A stretch of DNA of 62,495 nucleotides, the filler included, from Sphacelaria rigidula (Eukaryota), in NCBI GenBank assembly GCA_964200075.2. It is 10 parts of 10 records of this genome, joined end to end, with 100 filler letters (N's around TTAATTAATTAA, not from the genome) between each part and the next. Parts side by side here need not be neighbours in the genome. Positions count along the whole stretch, not along the records: positions 12,521 to 18,680 come from CAXNAA020021860.1; positions 18,781 to 24,940 come from CAXNAA020021861.1; positions 25,041 to 31,200 come from CAXNAA020021862.1; 7 more parts are not named here. One strand, 5' to 3'. The position numbers were made by a program, and so were the translations under genes. Below the pieces are notes generated by a model. It was not told where the DNA came from. It was given only the letters and a program-made list of their open reading frames with translations, and searched no databases. Of this stretch, positions 13,288 to 25,861 are shown piece after piece; the stretch's first letter is position 1; each line of letters starts with the position of its first letter.

Positions 13288-13570
13288 GGGCCCCGGTGGT
13301 GTAATGGTGCGACTGTCACCATTAGGGTGGAGATAACGAGGGTTCGATTCCCGATGCGTTTTTTTTTTTTTCACCGTGGAAAGCGTGAGAACGTGAGTAA
13401 ATAAAGTAGTCGACTGAGTTTGCTCGACGTGAGTTGACGCGGTGCGCGACCGCTTATTCAGCCGGCGAGACCAAAATGCAAGTTGTGTACCGGGGAGAGA
13501 TGGGTTGATACCTCGAGACCATCGACTCATCCCGGAGAAGAGGAGGGGTTGAGACTGCGACAAATAGATA
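13288..13570 (+). mobile_element. tRNA-headed SINE family D
   Basis: A box TGGTGTAATGG and B box GGTTCGATTCC. Body shared with 49560-49890, rc 44960-45260, rc 28008-28170 and partial 9775-9840. Confidence 0.8.
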
Positions 13571-13859
13571 TTACAAGGAAATACTAAACAACAAGAAAAC
13601 TTCCGGCGGTCCGACCGGTACACCAATACGCCAGTCAGTCAGGGGGAGAGATGGCGGGATCGAAATCCGACATGACGCGGAACTTTCTGAGGTCTCTTTG
13701 AGCTGAATCTGGGTCTCGCCGTTGACAGCGCGAGGACACGAGTGGGGTGCGGGAATACTGATGGTCATGATCCATTCTGCGATGCCGAAACGTCAGGCAG
13801 GTACCGGGGGAGAGATGGGTTAATCCTTCGAGACTACGGACGCGTCTCGAGGAGGGGGG

Positions 13860-14415
13860 AGGGGTGTACTCATGATCATGCATGTCATAGTCATGGGGCC
13901 ATTGGCCTCGCATCGCTACAAAGCCGGGACGGAGCACGNNNNNNNNNNCTCATATCACCAAGCGCGAAGCGCCGTGGTCTGTTCGGCGAGTCGCATGAAG
14001 GGTGAGCTACATCCTGCTGAGCTCGTTCGGCCCGAAGCCTACTGGTTACCTTGCATTTGGATGACAGCCTACAATTAGTTGATTTATTATCTGGTATCGC
14101 CACTTCCAGAGACAGTCACGGCTTATACACTGCCTCATGGGTGTCTTACCATGTAAACGCTACGTAGTACGATCATCCCCTTTGTGCGGAGTTGAGGGTC
14201 TCCCACGCCGCACAACATGATCTAGCTCGACTACCATCATGATTACTGCAAAAAAACCCCGCAAGCGCGCAAAATAAATCGGTAACGTGGTTGCCTAGCT
14301 TAGGCAGTGAGTGGCGTGTTTTATAGCGTCATCGCCAACTGACGCCAACCTTATTGGGGGTCCGCCCTTACAAAGCCGGGACGGTGCACGCCGGGTTCTT
14401 GCCGGACCAGGCTGA
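13860..14415 (-). mobile_element. Family A full copy (internal N gap)
   Basis: Reverse complement of 60-600. The 5' end CAGCCTGGTCCGGC..GTCCCGGCTTTGTA is repeated near the 3' end, and both flanks are C-rich. Confidence 0.8.
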
Positions 14416-14439
14416 TGACTCGGGGGGGGGAAGGGGGGG

Positions 14440-14597
14440 AGGAGCGTACTCGTTTGTTGCTTGCCTTGGTCGTTTAAACATTGACCACGCATCCCTTTCG
14501 AGACGGAGCACCGAGGAGGAGAGGGGGGGCGTACTCATTTGTTGCCTGCCTTGGTCATTTGACCATTGACCACGCATCACTTTCCGGACGGAGGACA
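14440..14597 (-). mobile_element. Dimer of ~70-nt RTEX-LINE 3' tail
   Basis: Two tandem copies of GTGCTCCGTCTCGAAAGGGATGCGTGGTCAATGGTCAAACGACTAAGGCAAGCAACAAATGAGTACG-like sequence, each followed by a C-rich run. Confidence 0.85.
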
Positions 14598-14869
14598 AGG
14601 GGTGAAACGAATTATCCCCCGAATATCCATCAGTGGTGGGCCCTATCTTATGCCATTACTTGTATACCACTTCAATTTCATGCCGGCTTCTCTCAGGGTA
14701 CACGAAAATATTCAGCTCATGCCGCTTTTCCCTTGGGCTTCGGTACACGGCATCAAATTTGATTGCATGCCAGTTCGGCACAAAACCTGTCGCCCAACAT
14801 TGTGCAGGCTCGGCGTGAAATCGAGCAATTGAGCGAGAGCAGCAGGGCTGCAGTCAGTAACACAGCAGC

Positions 14870-15060
14870 AATTGTCAGCTGGAAAGCCAAGCCGTGTGCG
14901 TCAGGGCAATGCTGCAAGTTGCCGAGACATACGCCAGCCCCCCCTAACATCACATTACATTGGTGCCGCAAGAGTGGCGAGTACCTCCATGGCATATGCA
15001 TCGTGCAAGACCCGGATAGCGACAACGAGTGCAAGCGTGTGTGTGTGACTCGGAGTGTGC
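14870..15060 (+). pseudogene. Cys/His-rich (PHD-like zinc finger) coding fragment, possibly a transposase N-terminus
   Basis: Translation CASGQCCKLP...HWCRKSGEYLHGICIVQDPDSDNECKRVC within ORF 14763-15227. No catalytic domain is visible. Confidence 0.3.
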
Positions 15061-15499
15061 ACTTGCTGGACAGCATCCGGCGGGTAAGGGAAACGGTACC
15101 GCGACCCGAGCGCGGATCACACCTCTCAGCTCGTCCAATGGCGGCCCGTCATCCAATGCCGAATCTAGTGATGGTCAAAAACTACAGCCAGGGAGAGATG
15201 CATGGACGATGTGTCATTTCACCTTGAGAAGGCGAGGGTGGCATGGATCACAGCGCATGTTGGGAGCAACAAGTGTCTGAAACAGCAAAATTTTCGCACT
15301 CTTTTTCAACCCATAATGCTGTACTAGATATGCGTGCAGGTGTTCCGTGCGCTGCAGAACTTGTGGGAGTGAATCGCCCAGAGAGAGCGCCGCAACGAGC
15401 AACCTAAATCTTCGCGGAAGGGACCAACAGGTGTTTCTTGTGACCACGTCGTGAGACGCTGTCATGAGAGCAACTGTGCATCAGCAACGGGTAGATAGA

Positions 15500-15880
15500 G
15501 CCGGTCGCCGCGGTGGCTCATATGGTAAATTCGAAACCTTCTGACGGTTGAGTCGTGGGTTCGAATCTCAGTGCAGTCACACGATCTCAGATTTTTTCTC
15601 ACACAATGCCCAACAGGGAAGAGCGATTATGTCGTGGGTACACAAAACTCGACCTCACGGTCGACGAAGGAAAGGGAGTGAAAGGGAGTGCTGAACCCCC
15701 CTCGCGATGACAAGTACAGTAAAGGCAAGCACCGCAGAAAAACGATGGAGAATTGAAGAAAAAAAAAAAAACTTCCGTGTTGGCCTTCCTCCTGTTTGAC
15801 CCCGGCTCGTGCGCCCACATATACCGAAAGGTGTAGACTGGCGTTCAGAATAGATGGGACTACAACACACAGAGAGATAC
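15500..15880 (+). mobile_element. tRNA-headed SINE family C
   Basis: A box TGGCTCATATGG and B box GGTTCGAATC. 3' end TGGCGTTCAGAATAGATGGGA..ACAACAC. Copies at 20247-20930 and 58892-59225, plus rc fragments. Confidence 0.8.
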
Positions 15881-17504
15881 AGCAGATGAGACTTCCGTAC
15901 CGCATAGTACAGAAAACATTATTGCTTGAGCTACACAAATGTTTCCACGTCTTTCTGCATAACAACAATTCTCAAGAGAGTGGCCATCCATCCGTGCTTC
16001 AAAACGCACCTAACGTCTCCCAGAAGCACGCGGTTTCACATCCACCGGGTGTTTTATGAAGCACAGTCGTGCTTGGCGAATTTTTTCAATTATGTGCCGA
16101 ATCGGTGTAAGAGCGGACCCCGTTTTTATACCGAATTGACATAAAAACGACCACATGCCAATTCAATACTATGTCGGTATTTTTTGGGGTACACTACCCG
16201 GTGTAACATTGGGTCCACCACTGTACCAAGTTTTGTCGCTCTGGGGCTATGGGTGTATGACGAGTATCAACGTGTGAATTTGTGTCATGGTCGGTTGTTT
16301 CCAGCGGGTGCGTCCCGCCATTGCGGGAGACCGTGTTTGTTCTCCACAGGATACAAGCGGGTACTCGAAGTCAGAGTTTGTCGGCTGTGAAGGTCCCCCC
16401 CCCCCCCCAAAAGCGCCGAGAATCGGTAGCGCCCTCCCTCCAATGTTGCGTATCTCAGCTCGTTCCAAAAGTTCTTCCAAACACCAAGTTCGACGTTGCA
16501 CATCACATTGCCGGAGAGTAGCATTTACCATACATGGATCACAAGAACGTTATAAAACAACAGTCAAAACGATTTGACCTTCCTCTCCGGTAGCGTTTGT
16601 CGTTCGGGGAACGATCCAGCAGTGGTCATGCATCCTGCGGTGTTTTCTCTGACCCATTTCTACCCATCGAGCGCCCATTATTTCTGTTCCGATATATGTT
16701 GCGGCTAACAGCCTGGCGAAATTTTGGAGGATATTTCATGTTGGTGTGAGACCAACTTTTATGACAGTTACCAATCTTGATTTGTACGCAGATCGGGGGA
16801 CCTTAAATCGGGAAACGCGTTTGATGCACCCCAATATGGGGCAAATCGGGGAAGCGAAAATCGGGATGTCACTATTTGAGAACGTTTTCGCTGAGGTCCC
16901 CCCCGATTTTGAAGGTGACTTACGTAAATTGACGTACGATGCGAGGGTAAGAGGCGTCTGATATTTGTCGTGACTGCGCATAGGGCATCCCTGCCCGCGC
17001 CAGCTGTTGGAGCGGCTTCGCACAGGGTTTGACAAGCGGATAAGAAGTGTTGACGCCGTACCCTGCTGCTATAGTAATATTGTATGCTGCGCTGCGCTGT
17101 ATATATCATCACAACGAACGGTACTGTTCTATCCTACTCTGTTGTCGCTACTGCAGGGTGATATACGGCACTACTCTATTTAGCTCTTCTCACACACTGT
17201 TCACGGTTCTCGCAATGCTAACTGTGCCGTCACCCATCACTGTATTGCCCTAGGATATCACGGTACAACACTGCACTCGAAGGATTTTTCACCGTCTGCC
17301 TGCTCTTCGGTTTCACGACTTCGCGATACCACACTCATACAGAAAATGGCCGTCCGTGTACAGAACTATTTTCACAAATCTGCGAGACTACTAAGCGGTG
17401 CCCACGGAACTGACTTTCGCGAATATGATTCCCCCCGATTTTGCACCGATTGGGGTCTCCACAGAATCAAGATTCGCTTCCATAAAAGGTGCTCTGAGTG
17501 GAGG

Positions 17505-17607
17505 TTAACCCTTTGGGAACCGTCGGCTTTATTTTGACTTGTACAATGACTGAAAATGATGCCGATTCACAAAAACAGATATCGTCACTGGGTTCCCAAA
17601 GGGTTAA
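17505..17607. mobile_element. Minimal piggyBac-like MITE (coordinates include both TTAA)
   Basis: TTAA-CCCTTTGGGAACC ... GGTTCCCAAAGGG-TTAA: perfect 13-bp TIR and TTAA TSD. Confidence 0.85.
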
Positions 17608-19784
17608 CGCTTGGGCTGCGAGCTTCACCTTGGAACAGTTTCACCGACTGACGGTCCAGGGATATCTACGGGTTTCCAGTGGGCAAAGGGATGGTTTTCG
17701 ATGGGGAGTGGGTGCCTGTCCCTTGAACAATCGCAAAAACCCATGAACTCGACCATGTCTGCCTGGAAATTTCAGAAGTTTCAAGTCGGGTATGAAACCC
17801 CAAGATATGGAAGTGGTCATTCTTGACTACTTTGATTGGTCAGTCCGGCCACGTTGTTCCCATCCAGAACAGCGAAATAACAATTGCCTCGCGGCCTGGC
17901 AGTATTTGACCACTTGAGAAACGACCACTTCACAGAAAAACACTAGCAAAAGAGGTGCTTCTTGCTTTGTGGCTAGTGTATGTGCCATGCCTTGCCCCTC
18001 GTGCGTTTGTGAAGATAGCTGCTGCACACTGTAGTATCGTTGAGCAACACCAAGCAGAGACGGTAGTAGCATGCAGTAGCCTGTTCGGTGAAGTGCGATG
18101 ACACACGCATTGCTTCATACCACTGTATTCAGTCGCCGTCATCGACAACAAACGTTTTCGTGTACTATACAGAAGCAGCAGCAGCAGCAGCAGCAGCAGT
18201 GCAGACAGTGACGGAGTACACTCATGACGACACATGGGACAGGCGTGCAAGATTGAAACAAGCTTGAGGTGTGCCAGCACGGCAAAAATGAAACAAAATG
18301 AACGCAAACAAGTAAATTAACAAAAGCGAGGATGTACTTTTATATCGCAGCAGGCAGGGGATGGCTGTCAGCGTATACCACCTCCAATGCATGAAAGCAT
18401 GTACCCCATGGGCACAGCTCGTCGAAGAAAGAAACTCACGGTGTACTTGTACGCACTTGACATGTGGCTAAAACAGGTCAGCGGTTCTCCAACTCTAATT
18501 CCTTTACGGATGCTCAACTTCCATATCTTCATGTAAAAGGCCGTTTCGTTTTTTGGAAAAACAGCTGATTTGAATCCCAAGTATGGCGTAGTCGATCTCG
18601 GTTGACCAGTGGGGTGTGTGGAGGGGGAGGGGGGGGGGGGGGGGGCGGTTTAGTGGGTTGGGGGTAGGTGTGGAGGTAGGNNNNNNNNNNNNNNNNNNNN
18701 NNNNNNNNNNNNNNNNNNNNNNNNTTAATTAATTAANNNNNNNNNNNNNNNNNNNNNNNNNNNNNNNNNNNNNNNNNNNNGGGTCCGCCCCTACAAAGCC
18801 GGGACGGAGCACGCCGGGTTCTCGCCGGACCAGGCTGAATTGGGGGGGGGGGGATCTCAAGGTCCCCAAGTTTACTTCTTTTCATCTTGCCCTCACATTC
18901 TCCATACAATTTTTTGAAGTGCAACTCTCAAATCTGAGGTGATAACCCGCCTGCCAACCACAGATCCGCTTCTGGGGCTGGCCCAGCTCGTCGCGTTTCC
19001 GATCGCAAACATGCGGCGGAAAGAGATGAAGGGTAACTTGACTCTCATCTTGCGGGCCACCACGCCAGATACCACCCAACACGAGATACAATAATTTCTA
19101 GGTCAATTTGTTTTTCGAGGATGACCCTTGGGAACCTTCATACGCATTGAAATATTTTCGGAATAAAAGTGCAAGTGCACTCTCCGGTCGTCATGTGTGG
19201 CCTCGCTCATTCTCAAAAGAATTAATCCGCAATTTGTAAAACCCTGATTGTCCACACACTTCTTTTCTTTGATACCTCAGAATTTTGCGGAGTTTTCGGA
19301 CTCTGCGTTCAGACTTCTCCGAAGTAGCGACTTGATTTTTTCTCCGAAGCTTCATTTCTAGAAAAGTCATAAAAATTCGGACTAAAACGCAACACTTTGG
19401 GGGACTGCTCTGTGCGTACACCGTGGCGCTCGCAAGCATTCGAGAATCATCAGGTTCCTTGCCGGTCCCGAAATTTTCAGAGATCTCCGAGAAAGCAATG
19501 TCGATAGTAATGGGCCTTAACCCTCACACAGCGAGCGTCGCCTCGGAACAGTTTCACAGGCTGACAGTCCAGAGACATCCGGGGGTTTCGAGCAGGCGCG
19601 CGCGCGCGGGGGGGGGGGGGGGGACAAGGGGTTGGGGGCCTGCTCGTAGAACAGCCGAAGAGTTCCCCAAGTCAACCATGTGTGTTTCGAAATTCCCCAC
19701 GGAAAATTATAAGCCAGGAGCGAGACCGGAGAGGAGCGGAGTGATTATTCGAACCAATCATGGCTATCGAAATGGTCACTTTGT

Positions 19785-19955
19785 TCCCGTGTGTGTTGTC
19801 GCATACCATCTTTCTGGACGCCAGGGTTCACCTTTCTTCGGTGTGTGTGGGTGCACCAACCGGGATCACTCATCAGGAGCATGGCGAATACAGGAGTTTT
19901 TCTTTTTTGTTTGTTCCCCATCTTCCTTCTGCGGTGAGCGTCCCGGTTTCAGCAG
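19785..19955 (-). mobile_element. SINE family C 3' fragment
   Basis: rc homology to 15690-15870. Other fragments at 24375-24530 and 47640-47730. Confidence 0.6.
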
Positions 19956-20246
19956 AAAGGTGATATGTCGAAAGCCAACGCCCAGAAAATCGGAGAGTTT
20001 ATCTGGTTTGCTCACAGCTAGCCGAAAACCATTGCCCAACGGACTGGGGTCCGAAAAATCAATCCACGGGAGAAAATCGCCTGTAGACGGGCTGAAATCC
20101 TCATATTTGTATAAATCGAGATTCGTGGCCATAAAAGTGGGTCTGACACGGGATTTTACAACGTTCCCGCACTGATGCCGCACAAGAAAAGTGGATGATT
20201 TGGGGAAGCAAATGTACTACATGTAAATCAAAAGGAAAGACGTCTT

Positions 20247-20930
20247 CGGTCGCCCCGGTGACTCAGTCTGTAACCTCTAAAACCTTGTGACGGCTGGGTC
20301 ATGGGTTCATATCTCGGAGCGATCTAGGATATTCGCACACAATGCAACACAGTGGAGAGCGACTATAGCGACGTAGGTATACACAAAATTCGACTTAACG
20401 GTCGACGAGGGAAAGGGACTGCTGAACCCCTCTCGCGACAACAAATAAACGGCAAGCACCGCGGAAAGAAGGTGGAGAACGAAAAACAAATGGAGAGGAA
20501 AAGAACTCCTGTGTTGGCCTTCCTGCTGTTGTGTGACCCCGGCTAGTGCGCCCAAATAATATAACAACGTTTTAGTGAGATTGAGAGTAGAACGCTGGTT
20601 GAGAGTGGCTTCGATCATTCGCTTTAACTTGGCCAAATTTTCATTCCGTGAATGCTTTTCTTTGCCTTTTTCACTGGCGTGTGCTTACAGCTTCACGCCG
20701 ATATCCTACTTGGGAATATCAAGGCGGGTCTCAGTGGCAAGTTACTACAGAAAGCATATCAGGCCTCGTGGAGGGGCATTTCGGAACTGAAACAATTCAT
20801 GAGCTAATTTACGGTTTTTCACTCTCAATCGTATCCTCTACTCTCAATCTCACGAAAACATTGCTAGATACCGAAAGGCGTAGACCGGCGTCCAGAATAG
20901 ATGGCGCGGCGACACTACACGACAACGCAC
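20247..20930 (+). mobile_element. SINE family C copy interrupted by a MITE
   Basis: Head/body 20247-20563. The tail resumes at 20865 (TACCGAAAGGCGTAGACCGGCGTCCAGAATAGATGG). Confidence 0.75.
20564..20864. mobile_element. MITE family G (TA-flanked)
   Basis: TIR ..TTTT(A/C)GTGAGATTGAGAGTAG, with TA on both sides. A second copy lies in the opposite orientation at ~29874-30200. Confidence 0.75.
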
Positions 20931-21434
20931 ACATCAAGCACCTGAGAACTCCCACACGTCGGATCGTTTTCGCCATCAATGCCGTCCAAATGAGGCGCCT
21001 CATCATCCAGTCTGGAGTCACTCATCACATGCTGTATGGCCATTTTCTTCGTCACCGCTTTGGGGCTGGTTTGGGGTGGGGGGCCTACAGTACCGCGGCA
21101 TCACCCACGGATGAATTTTTTTTAGGGTGACCGAGGCCACACATAACGACCGGAGAGTGCATTTGCATTTTTGTGCCGAACATATTTCGATGCGTATGAA
21201 GGTTCCTACGGTTCATCTAAAAGAAACTTGCGCAATTAGTACATTTCCATGTTCGGCTAGGCTTTTGCTCCTTGTTATGCTTTCGCATACTTCGCTGCAT
21301 AAGTAATACGTTGTTGTTTTTCGGTCTTCCAGATTAAAATCAAGCAATTTTGAGGCCTCGGCGAGTTTTCCGCTTCAAAATGATCCCCTTCCGAGCAAGA
21401 CGGATACTTATCCTACAAAAATAGCGTACTGTTA

Positions 21435-21919
21435 GGCCGCTCCTTACAGTAACGTACAAAAATGAAAATCTGGAAGAGTGCCTTTGTGGAGTTCTTACGT
21501 CGTTTTACACCCCCAAGGGAGCTAAGCGGAATTTGACACCTTGGAATGATTTGCTCCACTAGTTGAGGCGGTTCCAGGACATCTTGCCATCTTCCGGTGG
21601 CCGCAGTTTTTATTTTAGCAAAACAAGAATTCTTGTCGAAGACGGTAAAAAAACGGTCAAATCTGGAAAAAATCACCACTTTTCTCTGGACTTGACTTTT
21701 TTCTACCGTTCTTGGACAAAAAATCTTGTTTGGCCAAAATGAAAACTGCGGCCACCGGAAAACAGGAAACTGTCCTGGAACCGCCTCAACTAGTAGAGCA
21801 AGTCATTTGAAGGTGTCAAACTCCTCCTACGGTAGCTCTCTTTTGGGGCGTAGAACGACGTATAGCTCCAAAAAGGCGCTTTTCCAGAGTTTAATTTTTG
21901 TATCTTATAAGAAGCGGCC
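21435..21919. mobile_element. Foldback MITE, PIF/Harbinger-like
   Basis: ~240-bp imperfect inverted arms: TTA|GGCCGCT ... AGCGGCC|TAA. Confidence 0.8.
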
Positions 21920-22117
21920 TAAGAAACAAGAGCCCATGTTCGACCGTGTTTTAACGATTTAACGAGACAAGAAAAAAGTGAGAACGCGCCGCGAGAGTGA
22001 GAGTGGTTCTGCGCTGTTGTTCATCCTCTTTGCTCTTGTCCTCTCAATTGGTTGCCCATCTGCTCTCCCAATCGGAAGGGCAAAACAAAAAGAAACAAAA
22101 ATCATCGAAACCGCCAG

Positions 22118-22120
<3 letters not shown>

Positions 22121-22204
<84 letters not shown>

Positions 22205-22312
22205 TACACACACACAGACACACAGACACACAGACACACAGACACACAGACACACAGACACACAGACACACAGACACACAGACACACAGACACACAGACA
22301 CACGCACACACA
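22121..22312. repeat. Compound microsatellite (CT)30-(CA)n-(GACACACA)n
   Basis: Direct reading. Confidence 0.97.
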
Positions 22313-24004
22313 CGGCGCGTCTCACTTTACTTGTCTCGCAGGAGTGATCCGCTGCACTTGCAATTTTTTCGCTCGTACGCTCGGACTCAAACAGTGCAAA
22401 ACAATCTGATTCGAACGAATCGATTCGTCGCACTTCTATCTTCGATCAAAAATGAATTTGATAAGGCACGCCCCAAGACACGCCCCAAGACACGCCCAAA
22501 GACGCCCCTTCAAGACTTGCCGAGGTCTTCTCAAAAATTGACCGATCAACAGATCAACTCTCCTCCTCATTATCGAGTTATCAAGCGGGGAAACTCGCTC
22601 CCATCCCTGTGCGATCACGTGCGATACCCTGCATCTTGTTACGGTACATCTTTTCCGCACCGACTACGGTACACCTACATATATATACATGGTACAGTCC
22701 ACGATCGGTAAAGCACTTGAGCGGCGACGTCGAACAACCATTTTTCATAACTTAGCCTGCTTCTCTCTGCATAGCAGTTCATGTAACGGTACTACTGTAA
22801 TGATGCATGACCATCGAATGACCACAGCATGTTTCACTTTGTCGTGATAGATGGCGGTACTAAAAGAAGCTGTGAACTCGTCCAACTCGTCTACACACAA
22901 AAAAAAAGGCAATTAAGATCTAGGAACAAGGGGGCGACCTGCATTCTTTTCCGGAGCGGCACGCGAAGGGGCTCGGGAAGCACAGCAGTATGGGTGCGGG
23001 ATCTGTTTCCGCACATGCTCTTGGTTCAGAGACATGGACAAGCGAAAGAGACGAGTAATAAAACTGGTCGTGTGAAAAGCTAGTCCGGCTTGAATCTTTG
23101 TAATTTTGGCCGCGACGACGTCACCCGTATATCCGTGGCGCTCAGCCTCCCGCGTAGGTTAGCCCATGTTAATGCGCAGCTCCTGTATTATGATTCCTAC
23201 AAATATTATCTAATGTGCGTGGACGTTTACCACGCAGTCATGTAGGATGCAGCTGCGTTTTTTGCCCCGTGCACATGAAACGATTTGTCTACGTATCTCA
23301 TGCATAAACTGCAAACGTTTGACTCGTACGGTACTGTACAGCAACAGAGTATAGGCTGTCCACAGACAGTAATATCCTAAGGTTGCGCGCACACCTGCGA
23401 TACTAAGTGTTGCATGGTTGCTCCTGGTGATTCTCACACGCCACTCCTTCAGCTGATGAGATAGTGGCTAGGCGCGGTATATATTATTTTCCCCTGTGAA
23501 GGTGTGGCTGCACTGCGATGATTGTGTCCGAAAAGGTGTGACTGCATGGGTAGATTGGTGAAGAGACCAAGAGTTTGGAGTGGTGGCACTTTGGTTCATT
23601 TTATACGGGGGCGTTTTCTCAACGCAATTTTGTCCACGCTGAAACGAAACCGCCTGCGAAGGGATACTACTGCTGCTGCTGTTGTACCGCGAGTACGTTT
23701 TACTTCATACCTGTAAATTGAGCTCTCTCATGAGTTGCTGCGCGTGGCACAGCAGGAGCTAATAAACTGTTTCGAGTGCTATTCGTCGACCCCGCCACCA
23801 AAACGCCCAAACCATACAACCGAAAATCCATGCCTTCCATCAAACCCGTTCATCGAAAACCCAAAGCCACCCAAAATACCAACCCCCGCCAAACGTGCGT
23901 GAAAACTTGAGCGACTTCATAGCCGCGTGGTTGGGACACTATTACTATTACCGAGTAAAACTGAAATAAAAAAGTTGCAGCTGTCCGGGCTGTGCTGTAC
24001 TATA

Positions 24005-24218
<214 letters not shown>

Positions 24219-25040
24219 ACTATTGGCTGGCTGTGGACCATGCTCCATGTGGCAGCCTCTCGCAGATAGATGCGCGTACGTATGAAGATTTTGAAACACT
24301 CTTCTTTGTGTCATCCCGTCTACTCCGGACGCCAGTCTACATGATACATACACCACGGTTAATATGTATGTGAGCGCATCAGCCGGGGTCACACAGGAGG
24401 AAGGTCGACACAGAAACATATGTTTTGCTTGCTTCTAGCACACTCCACTTTCCTCGTGCGTTGCCTGCATTCCTTTTTGTAGCGAGAACGGTTCGGCGAT
24501 CCCTTTCCCGCGTCGACCGTGAATTTGAACTTTGTTTAGGCAGGATACAGCATATTTGTACTAGTCTCTCTCCACTGGCGTAATTTGTGTGTGTGTGGGG
24601 TGGGGGGGGGGGGAATGCCAGATAATATAAGAAAATGAGGTCGAAAATAATAATGAAAGGAGTCTCAACCCCGAAACAGTCAGGTAGTTCTAAAGTCGTC
24701 ACAAATGACTTCCATACTCGTATGAACGACCCCATCCACCCCGATCTCCCTGAAACTGCTTTTGGGGGTTGCCCGCCTTCCGTTCCGGTTACGGCGGGTA
24801 TATGGGATAGCACCCTCTTTTCGCATCGATTTCGGACTGAAAATAGGGACGCTTTCAGCCCGAAAAAATGCCAAACTGGCGGGGGTCGGCAGGCACAGAT
24901 TTTTACGCGCAGATCTTTGTTCCGCGGCCAATTTCGAACCNNNNNNNNNNNNNNNNNNNNNNNNNNNNNNNNNNNNNNNNNNNNTTAATTAATTAANNNN
25001 NNNNNNNNNNNNNNNNNNNNNNNNNNNNNNNNNNNNNNNN

Positions 25041-25205
25041 GTACACCGCATTCGTTAGGTGCACCTAGCCACAGGTGCTCAACTGCTGCGGACATTTGGG
25101 GGGAGATGGCTTCGCTCGGTCGCAAGTGTTTCGCGTCTTCCCCGCAAAAGAAAAATGTCACTTCAACCCCATTTTCGAGATCAACCCCAAAAATTAGGAT
25201 CCTCT
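25041..25205. mobile_element. Family B terminal fragment
   Basis: Direct homology to 40775-40940. Confidence 0.7.
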
Positions 25206-25861
25206 GTTCGATGTAAGGCCGCTTTTTGTGTGTCAAGAAAAACAATCTTGTTGCAAACTGCCGCCTTTGCGTTTTCCGGTGGCCGCAGTCGCTTTGCTAT
25301 CGTAAAAATCCAGAGTTTGTGCCAGCGGATGACGAATTTTAGCATGATGGGGTTAGATATTTTGGGTGGGCGGATGACGGATGCAACTCGTCAGATTTTC
25401 AATTCTTCCACGTTCATAAACGGCGACTGAACGGGTAATGCGTTTTGATTCCGAATATCTACTGCGTTTTCGATTCATCAGTCGATCGTCAAGCACGCTA
25501 GAGAGGGAGGCCTTACCTTGGACAGTAGATGGAATTTATTCAGTGTTTTGCCCGCCTCCTTGGGCTGACGTTCATCAGGGCGGACCAGCTTCTCTTGGAA
25601 GCGTGCACCATAGCCATTGGCTCTTGCTTGTTCTTTCCATAGGCATTTTTCACCAATCACCATCTTCTTCAAGGCCAGTGTGGGGACCGTCATATTTTCC
25701 CGCGTGCCCTCAACGGGGTACACGAGAATAGTGTAATTGCTATCCTCACCGTGTTGCCTGTCGCTGTCGCTGCAGTGTAGTGAAAAACAGAAAATCGTAG
25801 GGAAGATGCGGGACCCCCGTGATCCAGACGCATTGGTTGTTTTGGAGTTAATGTGAAAGAA

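Noticed and set aside
13288..13355. tRNA gene (also 15500-15580, 6480-6505, 20247-20320)
   Set aside because: A/B boxes are present but there is no proper cloverleaf. Most are attached to multicopy SINE bodies, and 6480-6505 is a lone B-box-like word.
14412..14440. Hammerhead ribozyme core CTGATGA
   Set aside because: There is no stem II or GAAA in position, and the motif is absent from the homologue at 18835.
21959..22711. SL/TH/RE-repeat ORFs
   Set aside because: These are translations of the compound dinucleotide microsatellite.
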